From a virus (taxonomy: Duplodnaviria; Caudoviricetes), in IMG/VR virus record IMGVR_UViG_3300036762_000065, positions 32,001-96,000 of that record: a stretch of DNA of 64,000 bases, one strand, 5' to 3'. The position numbers and the translations under genes were made by a program. This document shows, piece after piece, positions 1 to 15,235 of the stretch (within the stretch, counting starts at the first letter, position 1; each line of letters opens with the position of its first letter). Below the pieces are notes generated by a model. It was not told where the DNA came from. It was given only the letters and a program-made list of their open reading frames with translations, and did no database searches.

Positions 1-1
1 A

Positions 2-943
2 CATAGAAGTACACAGGTTTGTTTTGTAGAACCTTCTACAGAAGGCAGAGAGACAGATATCGTTGTTCTCGTAGGAAGAGACAGCACTATGCAAGTTAAC
101 CTGCCGTTTGCTTTTCATCCTACAATTCCTGAGATTCCTGCAAATCTTGCTACAAACTCTCCTGCAGTACCTAGTGTAGTGAAAGACAGTGTTAGATTTT
201 CTATGTATAGAAACAACACTGCCCTTTATGCTAATGAATATTTAGAGCATACCGACCCCTCCGTGTCGTTCAAAACCTCGGTCAATAAGACAACATTTAC
301 GTTACCTGCTACAGTAGGTCAAGCAAAACTTGAGCCGGTTTTACTTATTGTTGAACTTACACAGCCTGGCCAAACAATGCCGCAAAACTTTTCTTTCAAG
401 GTCTGGCCGATAACTCCGCAAATGTTGATTGCAGTTAGTCAGATAGAGGATTTTATAAACAAGGCTAGGCTAGAGAACGTAATTCCAGAACTTGAATACA
501 CACAAGCCGATATACTACAGTATTTAAAACGAGGGTTGGATTTATTTAATTCCTTACCTCCTCAATTGACTGCATTCACTGGCACTAATATGCAGGGAAA
601 CATAGCAGATAGCTGGTTAACTTGCGCATCTTACTATGCACTGGCATCACAGTTACAGGCAGAAGGCGCACTTGCGTTTGATTTTAGCGGCCAAACTGTA
701 AATCTTAACATAGATAGAACCCCTGCTATTGAAAGTGCTTTAGGACGTGTGGAAGCAGCTATTGATAACATTGTTAAACCTTTCAAGAAACTACTTGCCA
801 AAGCAGGGGTTCTTGGAGGCGACGGCTCTGTCGGCGGAGGTTTTATAAATGGAAGTACGGCACTTGGCACATTGAGTGTCATTAACGCACCTACTACAAG
901 ACTGCCTCACTCAAGAAGAGGTTCTTGGTTTAGACCTTATTGA
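2..943 (+). CDS. Virion structural protein, possible neck/head-tail adaptor (5'-truncated by window edge)
   Basis: The frame of ORF 89..943 is open back to position 2, so the true start is probably upstream of the window. The helical C-half (YTQADILQYLKRGLDLFN...AFDFSGQTVNLNIDR) resembles phage adaptor proteins (inference). Confidence 0.4.
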   Translation, partial: HRSTQVCFVEPSTEGRETDIVVLVGRDSTMQVNLPFAFHPTIPEIPANLATNSPAVPSVVKDSVRFSMYRNNTALYANEYLEHTDPSVSFKTSVNKTTFTLPATVGQAKLEPVLLIVELTQPGQTMPQNFSFKVWPITPQMLIAVSQIEDFINKARLENVIPELEYTQADILQYLKRGLDLFNSLPPQLTAFTGTNMQGNIADSWLTCASYYALASQLQAEGALAFDFSGQTVNLNIDRTPAIESALGRVEAAIDNIVKPFKKLLAKAGVLGGDGSVGGGFINGSTALGTLSVINAPTTRLPHSRRGSWFRPY

Positions 944-961
944 TAGTGCAAGGTGAATATC

Positions 962-1309
962 ATGTTGTCTGATTTTTACTTACTTACAGGAATGATAAAC
1001 GAGATCATAAGTATCTCCGTTTTACTCTATAGTGCTTACGCTATTTATAGGGTATTTACCTGCATACCTAACTCCAAACAGCGTAACTTAGCCGTACTTC
1101 CTTTAGTAGTTATATTTTTGCTATCTCTACACTATTCCTACGCGCAAATGCTTTGGGTACTAGAGTCTAAAGGCGCATCCGTAGGAGAATCAACAGAGTT
1201 GGAGTGGACAATACATGAGGCTATCAGTTTTGTGTTATATTTCCACTTCATTAAAGTATATACGGCTATTGCCGCACATAAAAAATTAAATTTAAGGAGA
1301 GGTATATGA
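962..1309 (+). CDS. Small membrane protein (~3 TM helices)
   Basis: Three hydrophobic segments and a basic C-tail. ATG 962 follows AAGGTG. A holin-like role is possible but unsupported. Confidence 0.5.
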   Translation: MLSDFYLLTGMINEIISISVLLYSAYAIYRVFTCIPNSKQRNLAVLPLVVIFLLSLHYSYAQMLWVLESKGASVGESTELEWTIHEAISFVLYFHFIKVYTAIAAHKKLNLRRGI

Positions 1310-2664
1310 GAGTGTTAGTATCGACAAGTGCAGCACTGAGTGCCGCTGCTAAAAACAAAATACAGAAAGCAGATTGGTTTGACTATAAAGGCAGAAAGGT
1401 ATTGTTTGATAATCACCACAAGTCTTATGATATAGACATAGCGAAAGGTGATAAAGTAGGGTTTATCCCTAATTCCAACGGCACTTACACTCTGTTGCAT
1501 TCAGACGATCCTGCAATCTATTTCAAAGTGTCTTCCGCAGAGCATGATGCGGTAGTGTTAAAATCTGTTCCTTACTACGGGCTAGTGCAAAAAGTACCGG
1601 TAATCTCTGATAAAAAACTTCTTACCTTAAGTTTTTCAGATAGGCATTCCGCAGTACTTTTAAATTCACTTACTGTAGCTAAATTGAAGCAGTTGTGTGA
1701 GTTGCGCGGTATTACAGGCATTTCTAAGAAACCGGAACTCGTTAGAGCCTTGGTCAAAGCAGACAAGACAGGCACTAAGAAAACTGCCGCAGCTCCTGCT
1801 AAAAAAGCCAACTCGACTCGAAGAGGAAACGGTAAAGTAGAGATAACTACACCGAAAGCACCTTTAACCAGACCCTCTAAACCTGTTCAACCTAAGACAG
1901 TTAAACCTAAGGTAAACCCTTCTGAACTCAAAGAAGGTGTTATTGTTAGTGTTAAGATAGAGGATGAAACTGTACAAGCAACCGTTGTAGAAGATGCTGT
2001 AGGAAGTAGAGTTCGTGTTGTTGCGAAAAAAGGTAGCACTAAGAATATGCCTATTTTTGTTGATATATCTAGTATCAATCGCATTGTTCCGCAAAAGGTT
2101 AAAGAACTAACACCGCTACAGAAAGAAAAAGCAGACTATGACACTATGCACGAATTAACAGGTGCCGGAACCGTTGTACGTCATAGAGGTGTGGAATATG
2201 TTGTTGTTTACAAACACAGTCGAAAGGCTACGAGTAAAACACCGTTCGACAATAAACTTGCCCTTGTTCCGATAGATGAAACTAAACCGTTGATAACATT
2301 GGACGTAAATAACTTAGAACACTTGCAAAGTATGTCTATTGATACTTTGAGTTTAGGTAAGTATAACGAGTACAAAGGAATTTTTGATAGGCGTAAATCT
2401 GAACTCGATGAAAAATCCAATGCCGCTGCCGCTATCAACAACGCACAGATTGCGAAGTTCGGTGTAAAAGAAGGAGATTCTACTTCATATCGCTTTCCAA
2501 ACGGTGCTGTGCAATTTGTTATTGTCCGAGCTATAAACTACGAAAAAGGTTTGATAGCAATAAGAGAAGGGTCTAAACTCAGATGGTTGCCAGGTAAGAA
2601 CATAGAGTATATTAAACGTACTGGTGACACTGAAATAAGCATGGATGGTAGCATGGGAAAGTAA
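1306..2664 (+). CDS. Multidomain basic protein with SAP/HeH-like DNA-binding motif and KOW/SH3-like domains; putative head-cargo protein; zero-frame product of a frameshift gene
   Basis: SD AAGGAG. LNSLTVAKLKQLCELRGITGISKKPELVRAL at 1660-1752. K/P/A-rich linker. Ends in G GGA AAG TAA. Confidence 0.65.
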   Translation: MRVLVSTSAALSAAAKNKIQKADWFDYKGRKVLFDNHHKSYDIDIAKGDKVGFIPNSNGTYTLLHSDDPAIYFKVSSAEHDAVVLKSVPYYGLVQKVPVISDKKLLTLSFSDRHSAVLLNSLTVAKLKQLCELRGITGISKKPELVRALVKADKTGTKKTAAAPAKKANSTRRGNGKVEITTPKAPLTRPSKPVQPKTVKPKVNPSELKEGVIVSVKIEDETVQATVVEDAVGSRVRVVAKKGSTKNMPIFVDISSINRIVPQKVKELTPLQKEKADYDTMHELTGAGTVVRHRGVEYVVVYKHSRKATSKTPFDNKLALVPIDETKPLITLDVNNLEHLQSMSIDTLSLGKYNEYKGIFDRRKSELDEKSNAAAAINNAQIAKFGVKEGDSTSYRFPNGAVQFVIVRAINYEKGLIAIREGSKLRWLPGKNIEYIKRTGDTEISMDGSMGK

Positions 2665-2703
2665 GTCCCGCCTCTGAAGAACTAAAGCGTACAGACGGCG
2701 GGA
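2655..2703 (+). promoter_or_regulatory. Programmed -1 ribosomal frameshift signal (slippery heptamer GGGAAAG + stimulatory hairpin)
   Basis: G_GGA_AAG at 2655-2661 is in the zero frame directly before TAA. Hairpin TCCCGCC-TCTG (2666-2676) pairs with CAGA-c-GGCGGGA (2692-2703). The -1 frame is open from 2652 to 4490. Confidence 0.8.
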
Positions 2704-4490
2704 AGGTAAAAGATATAGTCGGGTTATCTTGGGAAGTGCATAACTACATTACACCCGGCACTAAGGAAGTCAGTGTACGTAAAGTAGAAGGAGTGCGTCC
2801 TGATGGTAAGTATTACGTTTCAGAAACAGGCACTAACGTACAAGATATCCTAACGTATGATTATATACTGGATATTAAGAAGAAAGATGAAGCTAATAAT
2901 GAGTACCGTGCTAAACAAGATGTCAAGAATGTTGCTGAGACTAAGCGCCTAGAACAAGAGTCCGTTAAACATAACGACATAGATGGATTTAAGTCTAATG
3001 CAGGAAAGTTGGAGTTAGGTAAAGCGTTGAAGGTACTAAACTCATTACGTAGGTTCAATGGCCAACCTTTGACTATAAAAGAATTTATACGTAATCGTAT
3101 TAAGTCCGGTAGCTATGTAGAGACTGACAGTAAAGGTAATCGCGTATTGATGAATAAAGATGATACGTTTATGGACATTAAAGGTACCACTAAGATAGGT
3201 ATGGATTACGCTGAGTATCTGTACAGCAAGACCGGTAGAGGAAAACAAGCACCTGATTCAGGATCGTTGAAAGGTTTCCTTGAAAGTAAGAATCCATTAG
3301 CACAGGAATATGCATATAACCAACTTACTAAGTCTGGTAAATTCTTAGGTAGAGAATGGGATTTAGTAATTGACTATATAAACGAAGCTATGAATAATCG
3401 TTTAGGTAGAGTTGAAGGTGAAGGTAATTCTCGTAAGTTAATTGTAGCTAAACGTAAGGAGCCTATAACTGTTGCCGAACTTGGTAATATAGGTATGGAT
3501 TACGCTGAGTATCTATACAACCTTACTGACAGAGGTAAGCAAGCTGCTCGCCTAAAAGAGAATAAGGATGCAACAGTACCTCATGTTGATCCAGCTAAAT
3601 CTACTGGTGAGTATATGTACGGGTTGTCCTTAAGACCATTCGGAATAGCAACTCAGCCTGCAGGGCAGACTGGTTACATACCGCCAGAAGAGGTTCCGCG
3701 AGACATTAAAGATAAGTTCGATGCTCGTACCTATCGTCACGGTATCGTAATATATCCGCAAAAGCTATCCGAAAGAGATGCTGATCGTTTCGACTTGATT
3801 GATTTCTCTGTAACCCCTTCTGATGAAAAGTGGCTTGCATTTGTAGAACTTATTAAAGACCTTAAGGAGTATGATTATACCATTACACAGTTTATTGATG
3901 AATTCATTAAACCTAATGGTGAGAGCGTTTCCGAGAACCCTCTTTATAAGAACACTAAGCCTAGTGTTACTATCATTATGGATTATCTGTCTAAGAATGG
4001 TTATCCTGGAAACATGAATGGACTTATCTCTCTCTTTACAAAGACCGGCAAGCAGACACAAGAAATGTCTATAGACGACTTTACACAACAAGTAAAAGAT
4101 GCTTATTACAAACAGTTTCCTAGAGGATGGATAAAAGGAGGACTCGAAAAGAGTATAGGACAGTACGTTGCACTAACGTTTGGTATACAACCGAAAGAGA
4201 AGTGGTTTAACGGATATGAGTCGAACGACCCTGCTCACCAATCTATCATTATACATGAGGTTAAAGACAGTAAGTTCTTGCCTAAGATAGTTGCTGACAA
4301 CGGAAGTACAGGAAGTACAATGTTGATTAAGCCTAAAACTCCTAATCTAGCTTACAGTAGAATAAAGCTTGGATACAGGAAGAAAACAGGAACCCCGGAA
4401 CAAGTCCTAGATCACATAAAGAAATACTTTGTACAAATGCGTAAAATAGTCGATCTAAATCGAGACAAATTAGCCCACGATATAGATTAA
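2661..4490 (+). CDS. -1 frame extension of ORF 1306 (track ORF 2736..4490): polyvalent module with a duplicated ~98-aa domain and a DarA_C-like domain
   Basis: GTG 2736 has no clear SD and the frame is open back to the slippery site. IGMDYAEYLY occurs twice. YMYGLSLRPFGIATQPAG...RHGIVIYPQKLS...RFDL (3612-3803) resembles DarA C-terminal domains. Confidence 0.7.
   Translation, partial: VSPASEELKRTDGGKVKDIVGLSWEVHNYITPGTKEVSVRKVEGVRPDGKYYVSETGTNVQDILTYDYILDIKKKDEANNEYRAKQDVKNVAETKRLEQESVKHNDIDGFKSNAGKLELGKALKVLNSLRRFNGQPLTIKEFIRNRIKSGSYVETDSKGNRVLMNKDDTFMDIKGTTKIGMDYAEYLYSKTGRGKQAPDSGSLKGFLESKNPLAQEYAYNQLTKSGKFLGREWDLVIDYINEAMNNRLGRVEGEGNSRKLIVAKRKEPITVAELGNIGMDYAEYLYNLTDRGKQAARLKENKDATVPHVDPAKSTGEYMYGLSLRPFGIATQPAGQTGYIPPEEVPRDIKDKFDARTYRHGIVIYPQKLSERDADRFDLIDFSVTPSDEKWLAFVELIKDLKEYDYTITQFIDEFIKPNGESVSENPLYKNTKPSVTIIMDYLSKNGYPGNMNGLISLFTKTGKQTQEMSIDDFTQQVKDAYYKQFPRGWIKGGLEKSIGQYVALTFGIQPKEKWFNGYESNDPAHQSIIIHEVKDSKFLPKIVADNGSTGSTMLIKPKTPNLAYSRIKLGYRKKTGTPEQVLDHIKKYFVQMRKIVDLNRDKLAHDID
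3195..3514 (+). repeat. 26-nt exact direct repeat (3195-3220, 3489-3514) marking a 98-codon domain duplication
   Basis: ATAGGTATGGATTACGCTGAGTATCT occurs twice, 294 nt apart. Confidence 0.9.
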
Positions 4491-4560
4491 ACGTTTAACT
4501 GAAATTGTAATTTAACCATATGTCTATTTCGACACAAACAAAAGATTAGGAGATTAGTAA

Positions 4561-5442
4561 ATGGCTTCTTTAAAAAACGCCAGAAGTGCAGTGAATAATC
4601 TAGTAGCAGATTTAGGTAGAAGTAAGTCTGCCAACGTTATTGTTCAAAGTGCTGAAGAATTAAACGACGGGTTTGCTCGCGTCATTGCAACCGTAGCGCA
4701 TGTTAACGGGAGTCGCGGTACTAAGGCTTCTTTGATGGATGCACTACGAGCGAAGTTTGATAATAAACTTTTTCCTGTAGAGAACTCGTTTTCTGTATTG
4801 TCTTCCAACCCGGTTAGCGATACAGTTACAGGCATTCTTAGTGTTGCTCCGCAAGCAGTATCCTACACAGAAGACTTGCAAGGATTTAAAATACTTGCAG
4901 GTAATATGTTCATGGACGAAGAAGAAAACTTGTGGGCATTACGTAAGACAGAAGCCGGGGACATACTTGTTAAAAGCTTTGGTAAAGATGATGCAGAGGT
5001 AGTTAGCGGCCTTTTGAATTCCGTCTCTTCCTCTTACTCAGGAGCCTACGAGTCTGTAGCTAGTGTACAAAATACAAATAACATGTTAAATTCTATCTGT
5101 GGTGGTGATTACGTCACTTATGTAGAACCTCACAGTAGTAAGGTATCTTTCGGCGCTGTTGTTGCCTCTGTAGATAACGCAGACGGTACAGATAGCGGTA
5201 AGTTATATGTTGCTGATATAGATTGTGGACCAGCGCAATTTGTTGATAGGCGTATGGTACTTGCTTCATGGGACGGTGTTGAAGTAGAAGACGATGTTGA
5301 TGCCAATAGTGAAGTGGCCACTTCTTCTGCTAATGCGAAGAGTCCTGAGGAGATTGCTGCTTATTACCAGAAAGTTTTTCAGAGAAACGACGGTTATTTC
5401 CAGAAGTTTATGGAACGTTGGAAAAGTCACTCGTTCATGTAA
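4561..5442 (+). CDS. Hypothetical protein, probably virion/head-associated
   Basis: SD AGGAG; TAATTT motif upstream; terminator downstream; several S/A-x-S motifs. Confidence 0.55.
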   Translation: MASLKNARSAVNNLVADLGRSKSANVIVQSAEELNDGFARVIATVAHVNGSRGTKASLMDALRAKFDNKLFPVENSFSVLSSNPVSDTVTGILSVAPQAVSYTEDLQGFKILAGNMFMDEEENLWALRKTEAGDILVKSFGKDDAEVVSGLLNSVSSSYSGAYESVASVQNTNNMLNSICGGDYVTYVEPHSSKVSFGAVVASVDNADGTDSGKLYVADIDCGPAQFVDRRMVLASWDGVEVEDDVDANSEVATSSANAKSPEEIAAYYQKVFQRNDGYFQKFMERWKSHSFM

Positions 5443-5468
5443 ACAATCAACCCTGTTCGTGTTTATTT

Positions 5469-5492
5469 AACAGCCCACTACGGGCTGTTTTT
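5469..5492 (+). terminator. Rho-independent terminator
   Basis: AACAGCCC-actac-GGGCTGTT followed by TTT. Confidence 0.75.
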
Positions 5493-5507
5493 GTATCAAG
5501 GTGAATT

Positions 5508-6368
5508 ATGAGAAAACGTAGAGCTTCTGTAGGTAACGTCACTGTCTTTGATGTTAGCGGCGGTGCCGATGTTGATGATCGCGGTAGACTTGTGAATAGA
5601 GACATACCGGACGATGCTCGTAGGTCAGCAGGACACGCTAAATCTAAAGCACGTTCTCAAATGCGCAAGCAAAAGGAAGACGCCAAACAACTCATAGCTA
5701 AAGAAAAAGAATTGGAAGAAAAACCAAGAAGACGGAAACGTGTTGAAAAAGAACCTGAAAGCAAAGTAAGAACAAAACGAACAAGAAAGACAGTCGGCGA
5801 GTTAATTGCTTCCGATAAACCGAGAGACAAGAAACGCGCACAAAAAAGACTCACACGTTTAGGAAGTTCTGTATCCAACCTGGCTGCTGGACTTGATGAA
5901 GAAATCAATCTAAGTCCTGTATTTTTAGAACGTAGCGTTTCTGAGCAGGATTTCCAAACAGAGTATAACAAAATATTTAATACGTTAGGTTCATTGTGTA
6001 GAAAGCTAGAACTTAATATGAATGACCCCGATAGTAAAGTAGGCTCTAGGGATGTTTACGCATTAATGACAATGTATAGTCAAATGAGGGAGACTATCGC
6101 TGATCTACGTAGTATATCCGATGTTAATACCCAGTCCGAAATGTTAATTAATGAAGTATTTAATCCTTACCATAAAACTGTAGGTGAAATGCTGGTAAGT
6201 ATGCTTTATAAAATAATGACACATTTAAGACAATCTTTAAACGAGGCACAAGCTCACCACGTTGGTGAACGTTTAAAAGAAATCATTTCAGAAGAAGCTC
6301 AATCCTTACAGTCTCAATTTGAACATACTACGGAAAAAGTTGCTGTTGTTCTTAACGCGAGTAAATAA
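5508..6368 (+). CDS. Hypothetical protein with basic N-half and helical C-half
   Basis: SD AAGGTG; translationally coupled (TAATG) to the HNH gene. Confidence 0.55.
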   Translation: MRKRRASVGNVTVFDVSGGADVDDRGRLVNRDIPDDARRSAGHAKSKARSQMRKQKEDAKQLIAKEKELEEKPRRRKRVEKEPESKVRTKRTRKTVGELIASDKPRDKKRAQKRLTRLGSSVSNLAAGLDEEINLSPVFLERSVSEQDFQTEYNKIFNTLGSLCRKLELNMNDPDSKVGSRDVYALMTMYSQMRETIADLRSISDVNTQSEMLINEVFNPYHKTVGEMLVSMLYKIMTHLRQSLNEAQAHHVGERLKEIISEEAQSLQSQFEHTTEKVAVVLNASK

Positions 6369-6694
6369 TGAAACGAATAGGCCCGCCTAAAGTAGGCGTA
6401 AAGCGCCCAAAGACAGTTGCTAAGATACGCCGCACTAAAATACAGTCTTACGGCACGTTCACTAATTGGATGGCTGTTCGTGCTCGTATTATAAAGCGTG
6501 ATGGTAATAAGTGCAGACGTTGCGGTTCCGCTGAACACCTGCAAGTAGATCACATTATACCTATTGCTAAAGGCGGACAGACTGTAGACGCTAATCTTTG
6601 GACGCTGTGTGATATATGCCACAGCAATCGCCCTGGACACAAAACTGCCAAGAAATTAATAATGCACAGTAGAAACAAAAAGCTACACAACTAA
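6368..6694 (+). CDS. HNH endonuclease (small, Zn-binding)
   Basis: RDGNKCRRCG...LQVDHIIPIAKGG...NLWTLCDICH. Confidence 0.9.
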   Translation: MKRIGPPKVGVKRPKTVAKIRRTKIQSYGTFTNWMAVRARIIKRDGNKCRRCGSAEHLQVDHIIPIAKGGQTVDANLWTLCDICHSNRPGHKTAKKLIMHSRNKKLHN

Positions 6695-6709
6695 GCCGAT
6701 GATACCATT

Positions 6710-7480
6710 ATGAAAATAAGCGTTATAGATACGGTAAGAAGCCTCAATAAGGAATTAGGTGTAGACAACTCTGCCGGCTTCCCTAGTATAGTGGATTCTG
6801 ATTATAGGCAGGTCTTTGATAAGTTTATCGACACAACGGTAGTCAAAGATATAAAGAAAAAGTGGCCTGCTGACACTGCGTCTTTATATGTTGCCATGGC
6901 TTTCGTAAATTACATTAGAGGCGTTGATAGTAAATCCGCACCAAGTATAAACTTATTTCAATGTAGTTTAAATCTAATCACGTTACTGCCTAACTCTGAA
7001 AGCATGTATAACTATTTATATTTAAACCGTTTTATAAATCACATGCGACAGTATACGCACACAGCAAGTATAAAGCATTTCGAATACAATGATTTTTTAG
7101 AAGCCTATTTTAATGTTAGTGTAGAAGGTTATATTGCGTATAAAACTAAAGGCAGATACACATTAGACGGACTTATCAATTCTGAAATTAAACCTCTTGT
7201 TTTTCCTCGCATGTTGCCTGACCAACTAAAGACAACGTACCGTGATAAGCCGCGTAAACTACTCGATTTACACCAGTTAAAGAAACGCCCCAACGATTGG
7301 TACAAACTAATACACGATAAGAAACTGGATTTAGTTTTGTATGTATCGAGAGCCAAATTCGGCACACTTGTTTTTAAGTACGAGTTTAATATTCCTAACC
7401 TTATATTCGCTAATGGTTCGAGTAAGCAAACGGTATTCAATACTATACTTGCACGTTGGGATAAAATACGAAAACTGTAA
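6710..7480 (+). CDS. Hypothetical protein
   Basis: 256-aa ORF packed in line with its neighbours; no motif recognised. Confidence 0.55.
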   Translation: MKISVIDTVRSLNKELGVDNSAGFPSIVDSDYRQVFDKFIDTTVVKDIKKKWPADTASLYVAMAFVNYIRGVDSKSAPSINLFQCSLNLITLLPNSESMYNYLYLNRFINHMRQYTHTASIKHFEYNDFLEAYFNVSVEGYIAYKTKGRYTLDGLINSEIKPLVFPRMLPDQLKTTYRDKPRKLLDLHQLKKRPNDWYKLIHDKKLDLVLYVSRAKFGTLVFKYEFNIPNLIFANGSSKQTVFNTILARWDKIRKL

Positions 7481-7485
7481 ATATG
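7471..7485 (+). promoter_or_regulatory. Putative phage promoter motif A (CTGTAAATA)
   Basis: AAAACTGTAAATATG, identical to 16002-16016, just upstream of a gene start. Confidence 0.55.
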
Positions 7486-7509
7486 AGTAATAAATTAGGA
7501 GATTAAAGA

Positions 7510-8046
7510 ATGGCTATCAATTTAAAAGAAGCCTTGTTGTCTATGTCAGGCACTTCGAGGTTAGCTAGTACGCTCGTGGACCGTCTTAATGCACTAGATT
7601 ATAGTGAGTATCCTGTAATCGAGTCCACTTCATCTTCAGAGGAAGATGTTAATAATATGGTTGATACCATATTGAGTGAGTTGGAACGATCCGGTACAGA
7701 ATCTACTTACACTAGGATTTCAGAGGCTTTTGTTTATTTGCTGTCTGTGATTGATGATTTGCAGTCCGAGCTTACAGAGTTACGAAATTTATCCGAAACA
7801 AGTGCTATATATGAAGAAAGCACGGAAGAGCAGGTAAGCGACTTTAAATCAAATTTCTTGAAGTCCTTGCATCGCGGTCAAATAAGTTATTTAAAACAGT
7901 TCTATGATAGAAAACAATTCTTGGAAATGAAGCCGGCCACGAGAGCCGTTGTTGCAGACTGTTTATTGGAATACTGTAACGATTTAAATAAAAAACCCTC
8001 AGAACTCTGGGTATCACTCGCTGCGAATAACGGACATTTTAGTTAA
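7510..8046 (+). CDS. Hypothetical acidic protein
   Basis: SD AGGAG; contains IESTSS motif. Confidence 0.55.
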   Translation: MAINLKEALLSMSGTSRLASTLVDRLNALDYSEYPVIESTSSSEEDVNNMVDTILSELERSGTESTYTRISEAFVYLLSVIDDLQSELTELRNLSETSAIYEESTEEQVSDFKSNFLKSLHRGQISYLKQFYDRKQFLEMKPATRAVVADCLLEYCNDLNKKPSELWVSLAANNGHFS

Positions 8047-8057
8047 GAGGACATAAC

Positions 8058-14054
<5,997 letters not shown>

Positions 14055-14062
14055 GACATATT

Positions 14063-14707
14063 ATGAAAAACTTGCTGGTAATAACAGGAGCTTCCTGTAG
14101 TGGTAAGACAACTGTAGAATTAAAAATTCGAGAAGAGTTGGGTGTACGTCATTTAAGGACTACAACCACTAGACTGCCTAGAACGACAGATGCTAAAGGT
14201 TATTATCAGCATGTTAGTAAAAGCACGTTTCAAAAGCATTTAAAGTCTGGAGATTTTGCAGAGTATAATTGCTACGGAAGCTCCATGTACGGAGTTCTTA
14301 AGAGTTCATTGAATGATATACTTTCATCCGATGAAGATAACTGGTCAGTAGTACTAGATGTAAATGGAGCTAACGCAATATCAATGTACTGCAAACTACA
14401 TAACTTACCTATTAAATTATGTTGTATAGTTTTAGGAGTACCTACGCAAATTTTAATGCGTAGGTTATTTTCAAGAGTTCTTAGTGAGTACAAATCGGAC
14501 ATGTTAACACAGAGAGAAGCTGCGGATACATTAAATTTCAGGAATTCTGAGATAGTTGGATTTGACCATTTTCAATGTTATGAGACTTTGAATAGACGTA
14601 ATGAAGACGGCATTATTAAATACGCACAGATAAGCCTATTAGATAATGCTTCCGCTGAATCAATAGATAACATAATTTACATTGCAACTAAGTTTTTCGA
14701 GGAGTAA
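14063..14707 (+). CDS. Guanylate kinase-like nucleotide kinase
   Basis: ITGASCSGKTT; TTTRLPR; YYQHVSKSTF; FAEY...MYG; VVLDVNGA. Confidence 0.8.
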   Translation: MKNLLVITGASCSGKTTVELKIREELGVRHLRTTTTRLPRTTDAKGYYQHVSKSTFQKHLKSGDFAEYNCYGSSMYGVLKSSLNDILSSDEDNWSVVLDVNGANAISMYCKLHNLPIKLCCIVLGVPTQILMRRLFSRVLSEYKSDMLTQREAADTLNFRNSEIVGFDHFQCYETLNRRNEDGIIKYAQISLLDNASAESIDNIIYIATKFFEE

Positions 14708-14711
14708 CACA

Positions 14712-15224
14712 ATGCAACTTGGCAAAAAGCAACTACAGCGACAACAGGTTATCCTTGCACACTTGGGATTTTATAAACATAAATGTGACGGTATTTGGGG
14801 CCCGGACTCTATAGCTGCGAAGCGTAAGTTTGAGTCTAGTCCTTCTTTCATCCCTGCACTGCCTAATAACGGACTGCCCTTCGGAGAAAAAGAGAAGTAT
14901 CCTAAAGGTATTCGCATAGGAGCAGATCGTTTACTTACATACACTGACCCGAAAGGTAAAGTCGAAAATAACTTGACGCCTGAGCACATAAAGAAACTTG
15001 CAGGCGATTTGCTTATACTAGGTAAAGTAACGCAAGCAAATACACAAACACAGGCTCCTATTCTTATACCAAAACAAGAAGATGCTCCTGTTGTAACTAC
15101 AACTGAGGTTTTACCTCCTACTGCAACGTTAGAAAAAGCAGTTGAAGAAGTTAAGGCAGAGGAAAAGTCGAATCCTAACAACCAGAACAACCAGAACAAG
15201 CACAATCATAATCACAAAAAATAA
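14712..15224 (+). CDS. Peptidoglycan-binding domain protein
   Basis: QQVILAHLGFY...DGIWGPDSIAA fits the PG_binding_1 pattern. ATG 14712 follows GAGGAG. No catalytic domain seen. Confidence 0.65.
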   Translation: MQLGKKQLQRQQVILAHLGFYKHKCDGIWGPDSIAAKRKFESSPSFIPALPNNGLPFGEKEKYPKGIRIGADRLLTYTDPKGKVENNLTPEHIKKLAGDLLILGKVTQANTQTQAPILIPKQEDAPVVTTTEVLPPTATLEKAVEEVKAEEKSNPNNQNNQNKHNHNHKK

Positions 15225-15235
15225 GAGGTAGTATC

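Noticed and set aside
962-1309. Holin call
   Set aside because: Only hydrophobicity supports it; no adjacent endolysin or spanin.
2666-2703. Hairpin as an intrinsic terminator
   Set aside because: No U-tract follows, and it lies inside the open -1 frame at frameshift-stimulator distance.
5508-6694. Terminase small subunit plus packaging HNH
   Set aside because: Plausible by size, but there is no large terminase or portal in the window and no diagnostic motif.
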